From Verrucomicrobiota bacterium (lineage in GTDB: Bacteria; Verrucomicrobiota; Verrucomicrobiia; Limisphaerales; CANJSG01): a stretch of 64,000 nucleotides of DNA. Numbering within the stretch: the stretch's first letter is position 1; the number at the start of each line of letters is the position of its first letter. The notes beneath the pieces were generated by a model. It was not told where the DNA came from and did not search any database. It was given only the letters and a program-made list of their open reading frames with translations. Positions 56,294 through 64,000 of this stretch are shown piece after piece. A program made the translations under genes and the position numbers. The DNA lies in assembly GCA_038209745.1 (NCBI GenBank), contig JBBQXJ010000009.1, forward strand, positions 1 through 64,000. The letters are read 5' to 3'.

Positions 56294-58110
56294 TTCGCCG
56301 CCCCTTCTTCATCGAGGATCGGCACGATCATGTTCTGGCGGAATTCGTCCCGCTCAAGGAACGGCCACAGATCCTCCATCGGCTTCGAATACATTGAACC
56401 GTCTTTCCGTTGGCCCGAGGAGACCCTCGGCGACGTGGCCTGAGACGGGGTGATTTTCACGACGCAGACGACCGGGCGATCATGGGACAGGACGGCGCGG
56501 AGGCCGGCTTCCAGTTCGTCGTGGTTATGGATCACGCAGGACTCGATGCCGTAGGAACCGGCCACCTTCGTCATGTCCGGCAAGGTCAATCCGCTGGACG
56601 GTTCGCTGGCGACGTAGCGCCCGTTGAAATAGGCGTTCTGGCTTTGGCGGATGGAGCCGTAGCCGTTGTTGTCCAGGATGAAGAACTTGATGGGGAGATT
56701 GAGGCGGCGGACGACTTCCAGCTCCTGGATGTTCATGACGAAACCGCCGTCGCCGTCGAGGCAGACGGTCCTGCGCCCACCCGAGGCGACACAGCCGCCG
56801 ATGGCGGCCGGGATGCCGAAGCCCATCGGTCCGAGGCCCTCGGAATTGAAGACGCGCTGGCCCGCCTTGCAGCGGAACGCCTGCATCGTCGTCTCGCTGC
56901 AGGCGCCGGAGCTGCCCGGGATCAGGAGATCGTCGGGCTGCATCTGCCTGGAGAGTTCTTCGATCAGGACGTAGTTGCTCACCCCGTCGGTGATGGCGCG
57001 GTATTCGGGCAGGCAGACGGGGTATTTCAGCCGCCAATCATGGGCCTTGGCCAACCAACCGGAATAGTCGGGCAACGGAGCCCCGGCCGTGATCGCCTCG
57101 CGCAGCGCATCCATGAAGGCGCCCGCACCGGAGACGACCGGCACCGCGACCTCCATCTGGAGCTTCCCGATCTCGGCCGCGTCGATGTCCACGACCACCT
57201 TGTGCGCGCCCCGGGCGAAGTTGGGATGCACATAGGCCGTCTGGCCGAAATCCAACCGCGCACCGATGATGAGGATGAGGTCGGAGTTTTGCTGGGTGAA
57301 GTTGGCGCCCCGTTGGCCCACGCCGCCGGGACGGCCGACGTAGAGCGGATGGTCGTCCGCCACGTAGTCGAGGGCCTTCCAGCTGGTGAGCAGCGGCACC
57401 TTCAACACTTCGAGCAGGGCTCCGAACGATGCCAAGGCGCGGTCGAGGCGGATGCCGTTCCCCACGAGCAGGGCCGGGCGTTGTGACGACCGCAGGAGCG
57501 CCACCACCTTCGCGGCCGCAGCGCGGACGGCGGCGGAATCCACCGGTGCAGCAACCTCGGCGGGATCGAACGACCGCATGGCGGCTTCATCCACATCAGC
57601 GGCCTGCACATCGAGCGGGATGTCGATCCAGACCGGGCCGGGCCGGCCGTTGCGCGCGAGATACAGCGCCTTCTCCAGATGATAGCGGATGGTGGCCGGA
57701 TCCGTGACGATGACGGCGTATTTGGTGATCGGTTCGGCCATGCGGACGATGTCGATCTCCTGGAAACCCATCTGCCGAACGCCGCGTTCGCCCTTCATGT
57801 CGGCCCGCTTGACCTGGCCGGAAATGAAGAGGCACGGAGTCGAGTCGAGCCACGCCGCCGCGACACCGGTCAGCGCATTGGTGCCGCCGGGGCCCGTGGT
57901 CACGAGCGCGACACCGAGGTTGTTCGTGTATTGGCCGTAGGCATCGGCCGCGATGGCGGCGGCCTGTTCGTGGAGACTGCAGGTGTAGGCGAGGCCGGGA
58001 TGGCTCCCGAGAGAGTCGCACAGGTGCATGCAGCCGCCGCCGGGCAGCATGAAGACGTGCTTCACGCCCGTTTGCGCCACCTTGTCCATCACGTAGTCGG
58101 AGAGTTTCAT
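56290..58110 (-). CDS. ThDP-dependent enzyme, acetolactate-synthase fold, YerE-like carboligase
   Basis: HEQAAAIAA, VTTGPGGTNA, RQMGFQE, GRPGPVWIDIPLDVQ, GDGGFVMNIQEL..NNGYGSI; lies in a sugar cluster. Confidence 0.85.
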   Translation of the reverse strand: MKLSDYVMDKVAQTGVKHVFMLPGGGCMHLCDSLGSHPGLAYTCSLHEQAAAIAADAYGQYTNNLGVALVTTGPGGTNALTGVAAAWLDSTPCLFISGQVKRADMKGERGVRQMGFQEIDIVRMAEPITKYAVIVTDPATIRYHLEKALYLARNGRPGPVWIDIPLDVQAADVDEAAMRSFDPAEVAAPVDSAAVRAAAAKVVALLRSSQRPALLVGNGIRLDRALASFGALLEVLKVPLLTSWKALDYVADDHPLYVGRPGGVGQRGANFTQQNSDLILIIGARLDFGQTAYVHPNFARGAHKVVVDIDAAEIGKLQMEVAVPVVSGAGAFMDALREAITAGAPLPDYSGWLAKAHDWRLKYPVCLPEYRAITDGVSNYVLIEELSRQMQPDDLLIPGSSGACSETTMQAFRCKAGQRVFNSEGLGPMGFGIPAAIGGCVASGGRRTVCLDGDGGFVMNIQELEVVRRLNLPIKFFILDNNGYGSIRQSQNAYFNGRYVASEPSSGLTLPDMTKVAGSYGIESCVIHNHDELEAGLRAVLSHDRPVVCVVKITPSQATSPRVSSGQRKDGSMYSKPMEDLWPFLERDEFRQNMIVPILDEEGAAK

Positions 58111-58709
58111 TCGGAAGAGTTGCAGGTCAGTTCAGCGAGGATGCCGTCCACCGTGAGGTCGGAGGCGTTCCAGGGTTGGGGAAAAATGTAGGAACGAATG
58201 CCGAGCGCCCGGGCCTGGGAGACGTTGGCGGCGGAATCGTCGACGAAGAAATCAACCGGGCCGATCCGGGCCAGAACTTCATCCTTGGTCTTGGCGTAGC
58301 CGGGCAACTTCTCACCGTCTCGTGCGCTCGGCACGAAATGGAAGTGCCGGATCCAGCGGCCTAAATGCGTGAAGGCCCACGCCGACGCAGGAGCGACCGT
58401 TCCGACCGGCCGGGCGGTCAGGATGTGGTGCTCGAAGGCGCTCCCCCGCTCGTGGAACCATTCGAGGATCTGAGCGTTCGGAGCCATCGCCGCAGCAGCC
58501 CCGGACGAGCGGAAGCGGTCGAGGGATTCCAGATAGTCACCGAGCGTGCAACCAAGCACCTCGGCCGGGGGATTCACGACCAGCTCGCCATACGCAGTCG
58601 TGCAGTCGGGACGCTCCACCTTCCAGCCCTGTTCCAGCCAGGCTTCCATCAGCGGGTTCAGGACATCGTCGAGATCCCAGACGATCGTCTTTTTGGCGGG
58701 TGCGGGCAT
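58107..58709 (-). CDS. HAD-superfamily phosphatase (5'-nucleotidase-like)
   Basis: WDLDDVL (DxD), ILTAR, FVDDSAANV. Confidence 0.75.
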   Translation of the reverse strand: MPAPAKKTIVWDLDDVLNPLMEAWLEQGWKVERPDCTTAYGELVVNPPAEVLGCTLGDYLESLDRFRSSGAAAAMAPNAQILEWFHERGSAFEHHILTARPVGTVAPASAWAFTHLGRWIRHFHFVPSARDGEKLPGYAKTKDEVLARIGPVDFFVDDSAANVSQARALGIRSYIFPQPWNASDLTVDGILAELTCNSSE

Positions 58710-58718
58710 CGTTCGACC

Positions 58719-60227
58719 TCAGTCCATCCAGTAGGTCAGGAGGGTCTTGCGGGCGGCGTTCTTGGTGATCGACTCGTCCGAGTAGTAGGAGTCGTTCTTG
58801 AAATGCGTCGAGGATATCTCCTCGAAGATGACGCCGTGCTTGGTGGCCATGTGGTGCTTCACGGTGCGGTTCACCAGGATCAAGTCGCCGGACTTGTAGC
58901 TCTTCTCCTCCCCGTCGAGGGAGATCGTGATGTCGCCGTAGACGACGTAGAAGGTCTCTTCTTTCTGGCAGTGGGCGTGTTCCGGATGGCGCTGGCCGGG
59001 GAGCATGACGAGGACCTTCTTGCAGTATTCCCGGTTGATGAAGTTCAGGAGCACCGCGCCGTTCTCGTAGAACTTCTCGATCCCGTAGTGGTGGGAGATC
59101 TCCAGATCGCTGCGCGACGAAGGCAGGGTGATCTTGCTCTTCTTCAAGAGCTTCTTCACGTCGGTCAGGATGGAGCGAACGCGCGACTGGTGGTCCACCT
59201 GGTCGATGGCCGCCTCCTTGACGGCGCCGTTGGGCGCGATGTCCTCCTTCGCGGTGACCACGCGGTATTTGGAAAGGTGCTTCGCGAGGAGCTGGCCTCC
59301 TTCGCACGGCATGGCGAGGAAGGTGTTTTCATCCGTGATCCGTTCGCCGGCCTTGATCTTTCCCTTGGCGAAGACTCCGCGGCTCAACGCCTCCAACTGG
59401 GCGATCTCCGCCGGGGTTCCCGCCATGCGGTCGTCGGTCACGCCACACAGCTCGAAGCCTTTCCGGGCCTTCTCCAACCAGCGCCGCAGCTGCTCGGGGG
59501 TCGAGCTGTAGGCGTTGGCCGGATACGTGTCGGTGACCACCGCGACGTGCCGTTCGAAGACGGTCGCGCCCTTGCCGATGGCGGCCAGGACCACTTCGTT
59601 GTCGTCCGGATTCTCATGGGTCGAGAAGCCGACGCGATGGGTCGGATAGCGCAGCCGCATGAGCTCGATCTGGCCGAGCTGGAGGTCCCTTGTATCGGTC
59701 GGATACTGCGCCACGCAGTGCATCAGGGTGAGGTTCTTCTCGCGGTGCTCGAAGAAGCTGACCACGCGGTCGATCTCTTCCCAGGAGGCGCCTCCGGCGG
59801 AAGCGGTGATCGGGAGGCCCGCCTTCGAGATGCGTTCGAGCAACGGCCAGTCCATGAAGGAGCAGCTGCCGATCTTGAGGAAGTCGTAGCCGTGCTTCTC
59901 GATCGCGGCGACGGAGCGTTCGTCGAACGGGGTGCACATGGTCTTGAAGCCGCACGTCACCATCTCGGCCTTGAGCGCGAGGAACTCCTCCTCCGTCAGC
60001 CGCGTCTCGGAGAAGCGTTTGACGAACTTCACGTCCATCCGCTTCTGGAAGTCGGGATGGATGAAGGTGTCGAGGTGGCGGTATTGGAGCTTGAAGGCGA
60101 AGTCGAAGTCGAAGCCCTTAACGGCGTCGGCGAACTCGCGGATGATCCGCTTGCCGTGTTCCACGTCGCCCATGTGGTTGTTCGCCATTTCGAGGATGAA
60201 CAGGGGCCGGCCCCATTGGTTGTTCAT
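58719..60227 (-). CDS. NeuB-family PEP-dependent synthase + SAF + D-lyxose-isomerase-like cupin fusion
   Basis: Start MNNQWG; EMANNHMGD, KLQYR, CTPFDE, KIGSC, HCVAQYPT, GFSTHE, FERH; cupin YCKKVLVMLPGQRHPEHAHCQKEETF. Confidence 0.88.
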   Translation of the reverse strand: MNNQWGRPLFILEMANNHMGDVEHGKRIIREFADAVKGFDFDFAFKLQYRHLDTFIHPDFQKRMDVKFVKRFSETRLTEEEFLALKAEMVTCGFKTMCTPFDERSVAAIEKHGYDFLKIGSCSFMDWPLLERISKAGLPITASAGGASWEEIDRVVSFFEHREKNLTLMHCVAQYPTDTRDLQLGQIELMRLRYPTHRVGFSTHENPDDNEVVLAAIGKGATVFERHVAVVTDTYPANAYSSTPEQLRRWLEKARKGFELCGVTDDRMAGTPAEIAQLEALSRGVFAKGKIKAGERITDENTFLAMPCEGGQLLAKHLSKYRVVTAKEDIAPNGAVKEAAIDQVDHQSRVRSILTDVKKLLKKSKITLPSSRSDLEISHHYGIEKFYENGAVLLNFINREYCKKVLVMLPGQRHPEHAHCQKEETFYVVYGDITISLDGEEKSYKSGDLILVNRTVKHHMATKHGVIFEEISSTHFKNDSYYSDESITKNAARKTLLTYWMD

Positions 60228-61369
60228 AGGAGTGTCCTTGGGTTGAGTTGATGAAAACGGAGGGTTTTTGAGATCGCCGCGTCGAGAGACGTCCAGACAT
60301 CGAGTCCGAGCTCCCGGCGGGCGCGTGAAATGTCCGGCACGTAGCGCGCACCGGGACGTTGGGAATCGGCCGGATCGGCGATCTGCACCGCCGATCCGAC
60401 CGGGCTGTGGCGTGAAACACGTTCCGCAACTTCGGCGATGGTCAACGCCTCGTCGGAGCCGACGTTGTAGGTGCCCTTCGCATCCGGATGAAGCAGGAGG
60501 GTCCAGAGCCAGACGGCGAGATCGGCGGCATACAGATACGAGCGCCACGGGGTGCCGTCGCCATGGACCTGGAGGGTCCGGCCGGCAAGCGCGTCGCGGA
60601 GGAAATTGCCGATGGCGTAGTGCGCGTCCAACGCGAGATGCGGACCGACGAACGCGAAGCACCGGGCGATGCGGCAGTCGAGCGTGCCGGCCTGGGTGCG
60701 GGCGTTGCAGAGGAGCTCGGCCACGCGTTTGCCTTCGCCATAGGCGGACATCGGCACGCGGACGTCGGGCGCGCCGCAGTAGGATTCGGGAACCCGTTCC
60801 AGATCGACCGGCTGCGTCCCGTAGACCGCGCCGGAACTGGTGAGGAGAAAGCGTTCGGCCCCGACGGATTCGGCCAGGTCGAGCAGGCTCCGCGTCCCCT
60901 CGTAGGCGGTTTCCAAAACGGCCAGCGGATGATCGCGATTGGCGACAACGGTGGTCTCGGAAGCGGCGTGGATGAAATGGGAGATCCGGCGGGGAGCAGC
61001 GGAACCGAGCCGGGACTGGAGATCGCCCGAACGGAACGTCCGGACGTCACCGGCCACGAGGTCGACCGAACGGGCCTCGGCCAGAGCGGGAAACGCGGAG
61101 CGGAATCGTTCTGGATTTCGGGAAAGGACGATGAGGCGGGCCTCGAGGCCGAGCCGGCGATCCGCTTCGACAAAGCTCTCCAGCAGCCAGCGCCCAAAGA
61201 AACCCGTGCCCCCCGACACGAAAACCGTGCCGCCGCGAAAACTCTCCCAGAGCGACTCGGTGCGGGACACGATCTGCTCAAGGTCCCCGGCCAATGATGC
61301 CCGTCTCCCGTCGCGTGCAGGGCCGTCGGTGGCCGGAGGGATGGTTGATGTCTGTTGTGACGAGTCCAT
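60224..61369 (-). CDS. NAD-dependent epimerase/dehydratase (extended SDR)
   Basis: Start MDSSQQ; SGGTGFFG, TSSGAVYG, YGEGK, ARCFAFVGP, RSYLYAAD. Confidence 0.88.
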   Translation of the reverse strand: MDSSQQTSTIPPATDGPARDGRRASLAGDLEQIVSRTESLWESFRGGTVFVSGGTGFFGRWLLESFVEADRRLGLEARLIVLSRNPERFRSAFPALAEARSVDLVAGDVRTFRSGDLQSRLGSAAPRRISHFIHAASETTVVANRDHPLAVLETAYEGTRSLLDLAESVGAERFLLTSSGAVYGTQPVDLERVPESYCGAPDVRVPMSAYGEGKRVAELLCNARTQAGTLDCRIARCFAFVGPHLALDAHYAIGNFLRDALAGRTLQVHGDGTPWRSYLYAADLAVWLWTLLLHPDAKGTYNVGSDEALTIAEVAERVSRHSPVGSAVQIADPADSQRPGARYVPDISRARRELGLDVWTSLDAAISKTLRFHQLNPRTLL

Positions 61370-61422
61370 GTCGTATCCCCGATCCGTGGGAAGCGGCCGG
61401 CAAGGTCGCCGGATTGATCCGA

Positions 61423-62196
61423 TCACCAGACCTTCCAGGGTGCCTGCCCGCCCACGTACATCTTGTCCAGCATCTGCTGCTCCCGGTAGGTGTCCATGCA
61501 CTGCCAGAAGCCGTTGTGGAGGTAGGCGTGGACCTGGCCTTCGCCCGCCATCCGGACAAGCGGCGCCTGTTCCAAGATGGTGGAATCGTCGCCGAGATAG
61601 TCGCCGATGCCCTTGTTGAAAACGAAGTAGCCGCCGTTGATCAGCTGCTGGTTCTCGGCGGGCTTTTCCTTGAACGCCGTGACGCGGGTTCCGTCGACCA
61701 CGAGATCACCGAAACGTGCCGCCGGGCGGACTCCGGTGATGGTCGCGAGGCCGCCGTGGTTCCGGTGGAAATCGATGGTCTTGTTGATGTCCACATCGCA
61801 CACACCGTCGCCATAGGTGGCGAGGAAGGTGTCCGAATCCAGATAGGGCAGGACGCGCCGGATGCGACCGCCGGTCATCGTCTCCGCTCCGGTGTCGACG
61901 AGGGTGACCTTCCAGTCTTCTTCGGTGTGGTTGGTGTGGTATTTGACCTTGGGGGAGGCGCCGAGACAGAGGGTCACGTCGCTCGTGTTCCACTGGTAGT
62001 TGCGGAAGTAGTCCTTGATGACCTCGCCCTTGTAGCCGAGGCAGAGGATGAAGTCGCGATGCCCGTGGTGGGCATAGGTCTTCATGATGTGCCAGAGGAT
62101 CGGCCGGTTGCCGACGGGCACCATGGGCTTGGGGCGGTATTCGGTTTCTTCCCTCAACCGTGTGCCAAGACCACCGCATAGAATGACCACTTTCAT
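61423..62196 (-). CDS. rfbF: Glucose-1-phosphate cytidylyltransferase
   Basis: ILCGGLGTRLREET..PKPM, GYKGEVIKDYF, TMTGGR, TYGDG, INGGYFV, GFWQCMDT. Confidence 0.93.
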   Translation of the reverse strand: MKVVILCGGLGTRLREETEYRPKPMVPVGNRPILWHIMKTYAHHGHRDFILCLGYKGEVIKDYFRNYQWNTSDVTLCLGASPKVKYHTNHTEEDWKVTLVDTGAETMTGGRIRRVLPYLDSDTFLATYGDGVCDVDINKTIDFHRNHGGLATITGVRPAARFGDLVVDGTRVTAFKEKPAENQQLINGGYFVFNKGIGDYLGDDSTILEQAPLVRMAGEGQVHAYLHNGFWQCMDTYREQQMLDKMYVGGQAPWKVW

Positions 62197-62254
62197 TGTC
62201 CAACTTCCGTGTTTGTTGTCTGTCGCCCGGCGAAATCTTCCCGCCGGCGGCTTT

Positions 62255-62320
62255 CGCTCTTCTCTCCGGCAGGCGCGCTGCCGGAGAGAAGAGCGGCGGT
62301 CCCTTTACCCTGACCGCCGC
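62255..62320 (-). terminator. Two overlapping hairpins downstream of flagellin
   Basis: 18-bp perfect stem 62255-62272/62278-62295 and 9-bp stem 62293-62301/62312-62320, the latter followed on the mRNA by UCUUCUCU. Confidence 0.5.
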
Positions 62321-62357
62321 CCCAATCACCCCATACCAACCAAAGGACCTTGAAAGC

Positions 62358-63167
62358 TTACTGCAGGAGTCTCAACACGCTCTGCGGGAGCTGGTTCGCC
62401 TGGGCCAACATCGCGGTGCCGGCTTGGACGAGGATGTTGTAGCGCGCGTACTGCGTGCTCTCCTCGGCGACGTCCACGTCCTTGATCCTGGAACTGGCGG
62501 CGGTGAGGTTTTCCTTGGTCACGACGAGCTGCTCGGAGGTGTAGTTCAACCGGGACTGGTAGGCGCCGATGTTGGCGCGATCGGTGGCCAGTTGGTTGAT
62601 GGCGTTCTTGACCGTCGTCAGCGCGGAGGCAGCCGCACCGGTCGTGCTGATGTTCAGAGACGGGCTCAAGACGGCCGTGTAGCTGGCCGCGGCCATGTCG
62701 ATGCCCTTCATGCTGAACGTGCCGCCTTCGGAATCGATGGTGACATTGAGCGGCGTGGTGGAGAAGAGGCTGACGCCGTTGAAATCCTTGCTCGAAGTAT
62801 TGCCGACGTATTGGACGAGCTGGTCGAACTCGGCATTGTAGAGGCTCCGGTCGGAGTCGCTCTTGGTGACGTCCTGCGAAAGGATGGCCAGCTCGCTCAT
62901 GCGGTCGAAGGCCTTCGCGATCTTCTTCATGAACCCGTCCTGGACCTGGGTGAAGGAGATGGCGTTGCCGACGTTGGACTTGGCGGCGTCCAGTCGTGAA
63001 ACCTGGGCATCAAGACGCGAGGCGACAGCGAGGCCGGCGGCGTCATCGGCGGGGTTGACGATCTTGGAGCCCGAGCTGAGACGGGAGAGCGACTTGGAGA
63101 GCATCGCCTGGCTGTTTTGCAGGTTGGATGCGGCCGCTGTGGCCTGGATGTTGGTGTTGATGACCAT
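62358..63167 (-). CDS. fliC: Flagellin (minimal, 269 aa)
   Basis: MVINTN, RLSSGSKIVNPADDAAGLA, FNGVSL, RANIGAYQSRL, SRIKDVDVAEE, AMLAQAN..VLRLLQ. Confidence 0.97.
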   Translation of the reverse strand: MVINTNIQATAAASNLQNSQAMLSKSLSRLSSGSKIVNPADDAAGLAVASRLDAQVSRLDAAKSNVGNAISFTQVQDGFMKKIAKAFDRMSELAILSQDVTKSDSDRSLYNAEFDQLVQYVGNTSSKDFNGVSLFSTTPLNVTIDSEGGTFSMKGIDMAAASYTAVLSPSLNISTTGAAASALTTVKNAINQLATDRANIGAYQSRLNYTSEQLVVTKENLTAASSRIKDVDVAEESTQYARYNILVQAGTAMLAQANQLPQSVLRLLQ

Positions 63168-63212
63168 AACTACTTCCTGTGTTGGGGTTTACTCCGTTTT
63201 CGGCGCTTCCTT
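63168..63212 (-). promoter_or_regulatory. Putative CsrA-binding sites over the flagellin ribosome-binding site
   Basis: mRNA AACACAGGAAGUAGUU with GGA 7 nt before AUG; further ACGGA (63193-63197) and AAGGA (63208-63212) in the csrA 3' end. Confidence 0.55.
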
Positions 63213-63446
63213 CTTCGGTGGCGCGGGGTTGATGCGTGGGACCTTCGGCAGTTGGGGACGTCCCTGTGTCAGGGCCTCCTTGTTGCTGCGTTGAATCTCT
63301 TCGTAAATTTCTTGGCGGTGCACCGGCACATTGAGCGGAGCCTCGATGCCGAGCTTGACGATGTCTCCCTCGACGCGGACCACCTTCACGATGATGCGAC
63401 CGTCGATGACGATACATTCATTGATTTTCCGTGAGAGAATGAGCAT
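63189..63446 (-). CDS. csrA: Carbon storage regulator / translational repressor
   Basis: MLILSRKINECIVI..VKLGIEAP..VHRQEIYEEIQRSN with a C-terminal extension of FliW-regulated type. Confidence 0.95.
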   Translation of the reverse strand: MLILSRKINECIVIDGRIIVKVVRVEGDIVKLGIEAPLNVPVHRQEIYEEIQRSNKEALTQGRPQLPKVPRINPAPPKKEAPKTE

Positions 63447-63465
63447 AGATACAATCCCTCTTTGG

Positions 63466-63897
63466 TTATGCGGACAACGGAACGGGATGCCGCAGCGAGA
63501 ACTGCGCGGCGTTCATCGGAATGACCTGTTTGGCCACCATGGTGTGCCGGTTGAGCACGATGGGTCCCTTCAGATTGACGGTCGTGCCCGCTCCGCCGTG
63601 CAGGGTGACGATGTTGATGATGAGCGCATCGTCCGGGCTCTCCAGACCGAGGAAGGAAACATCGTCGTCGCTGAGCTCCGGGCTGTAGTCCGCTTCCAGG
63701 ACAAAGGGCGAGATGACCAGGAACGAGTGGTTCGGATCATCCAGCATCTGGAGCCAAAGGAACGGATCGTCCTCGGGGCTGGAGAGCAGCACGTATTGCT
63801 TGATCTCTTCGAACCCCAGCAATCCGAGCGGCATCCTGATGACGTTTTCTTTTCGGACTGTGAGCCACTGCTCATCTGTATGTGCGACCGTTTTCAT
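63466..63897 (-). CDS. fliW: Flagellar assembly factor FliW
   Basis: GLLGFE, PFLWLQ, FLVISPF, TVNLKGPIVLN..AKQVI; adjacent to csrA. Confidence 0.93.
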   Translation of the reverse strand: MKTVAHTDEQWLTVRKENVIRMPLGLLGFEEIKQYVLLSSPEDDPFLWLQMLDDPNHSFLVISPFVLEADYSPELSDDDVSFLGLESPDDALIINIVTLHGGAGTTVNLKGPIVLNRHTMVAKQVIPMNAAQFSLRHPVPLSA

Positions 63898-63923
63898 TTG
63901 TTCTGCTCGTCTACCTGTCGTTA

Positions 63924-63940
63924 AGCAAAGCCGATGCCAA
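63924..63940 (-). promoter_or_regulatory. Sigma54 (-24/-12) promoter upstream of fliW
   Basis: Minus strand TTGGCATCGGCTTTGCT = GG-N10-GC, ending 26 nt before the fliW ATG, with AT-rich DNA upstream. Confidence 0.8.
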
Positions 63941-64000
63941 ACTTAGGATAGTCTCTCTAAGTATCTTCGCCTGTATATCTTGTGTATTATCCAAGCAAAA

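Noticed and set aside
56290..58110. Acetolactate synthase large subunit (ilvB)
   Set aside because: No small subunit or ilvC nearby; embedded by overlaps in a nucleotide-sugar cluster
58719..60227. Standard sialic/pseudaminic/legionaminic acid pathway
   Set aside because: No neuA/neuC, pse or leg genes and no Maf-type transferase in the window; the cupin fusion suggests another substrate (not excluded genome-wide)

Overview
GC-rich bacterial chromosomal window, most likely Verrucomicrobiota (PVC markers: DUF1549/DUF1553 cytochrome protein, H-X9-DG prepilin-like protein, DUF1552 remnant, secreted proteins ending in an RF[YF]R motif). The left ~46 kb is mostly housekeeping (bioF-bioA, nadB, panC, rpmI-rplT-pheS, nifS-like desulfurase, hisD, rpiB, pyrD, dGTPase, ispH, ispG-rseP-dxr-cdsA, sufT). 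It also holds accessory genes (a myo-inositol oxygenase operon, a Tat-exported glycoside-hydrolase-like lipoprotein), decayed gene remnants (DUF1552, a DUF433/PIN toxin-antitoxin pair) and GTAG-type REP-like palindromes and 7-bp-periodic hairpins, several inserted in frame inside coding genes. The right ~17 kb is the highlight: a minus-strand unit with a sigma54-type promoter, fliW-csrA-flagellin, then a putative flagellin glycosylation island. The island encodes RfbF, an SDR reductase/epimerase, a NeuB-SAF-cupin fusion, a HAD phosphatase, a YerE-like ThDP enzyme, two methyltransferases and a 2209-aa protein with four GT4-like modules (A-B-A-B) plus a GT2-TPR module. My inference is that it makes a long-chain acyl-branched, methylated sugar and assembles a glycan on a minimal flagellin with one multi-domain enzyme. 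No rRNA, tRNA, CRISPR array or intact transposase was recognised. All family calls come from reading motifs by eye; no database searches were run.
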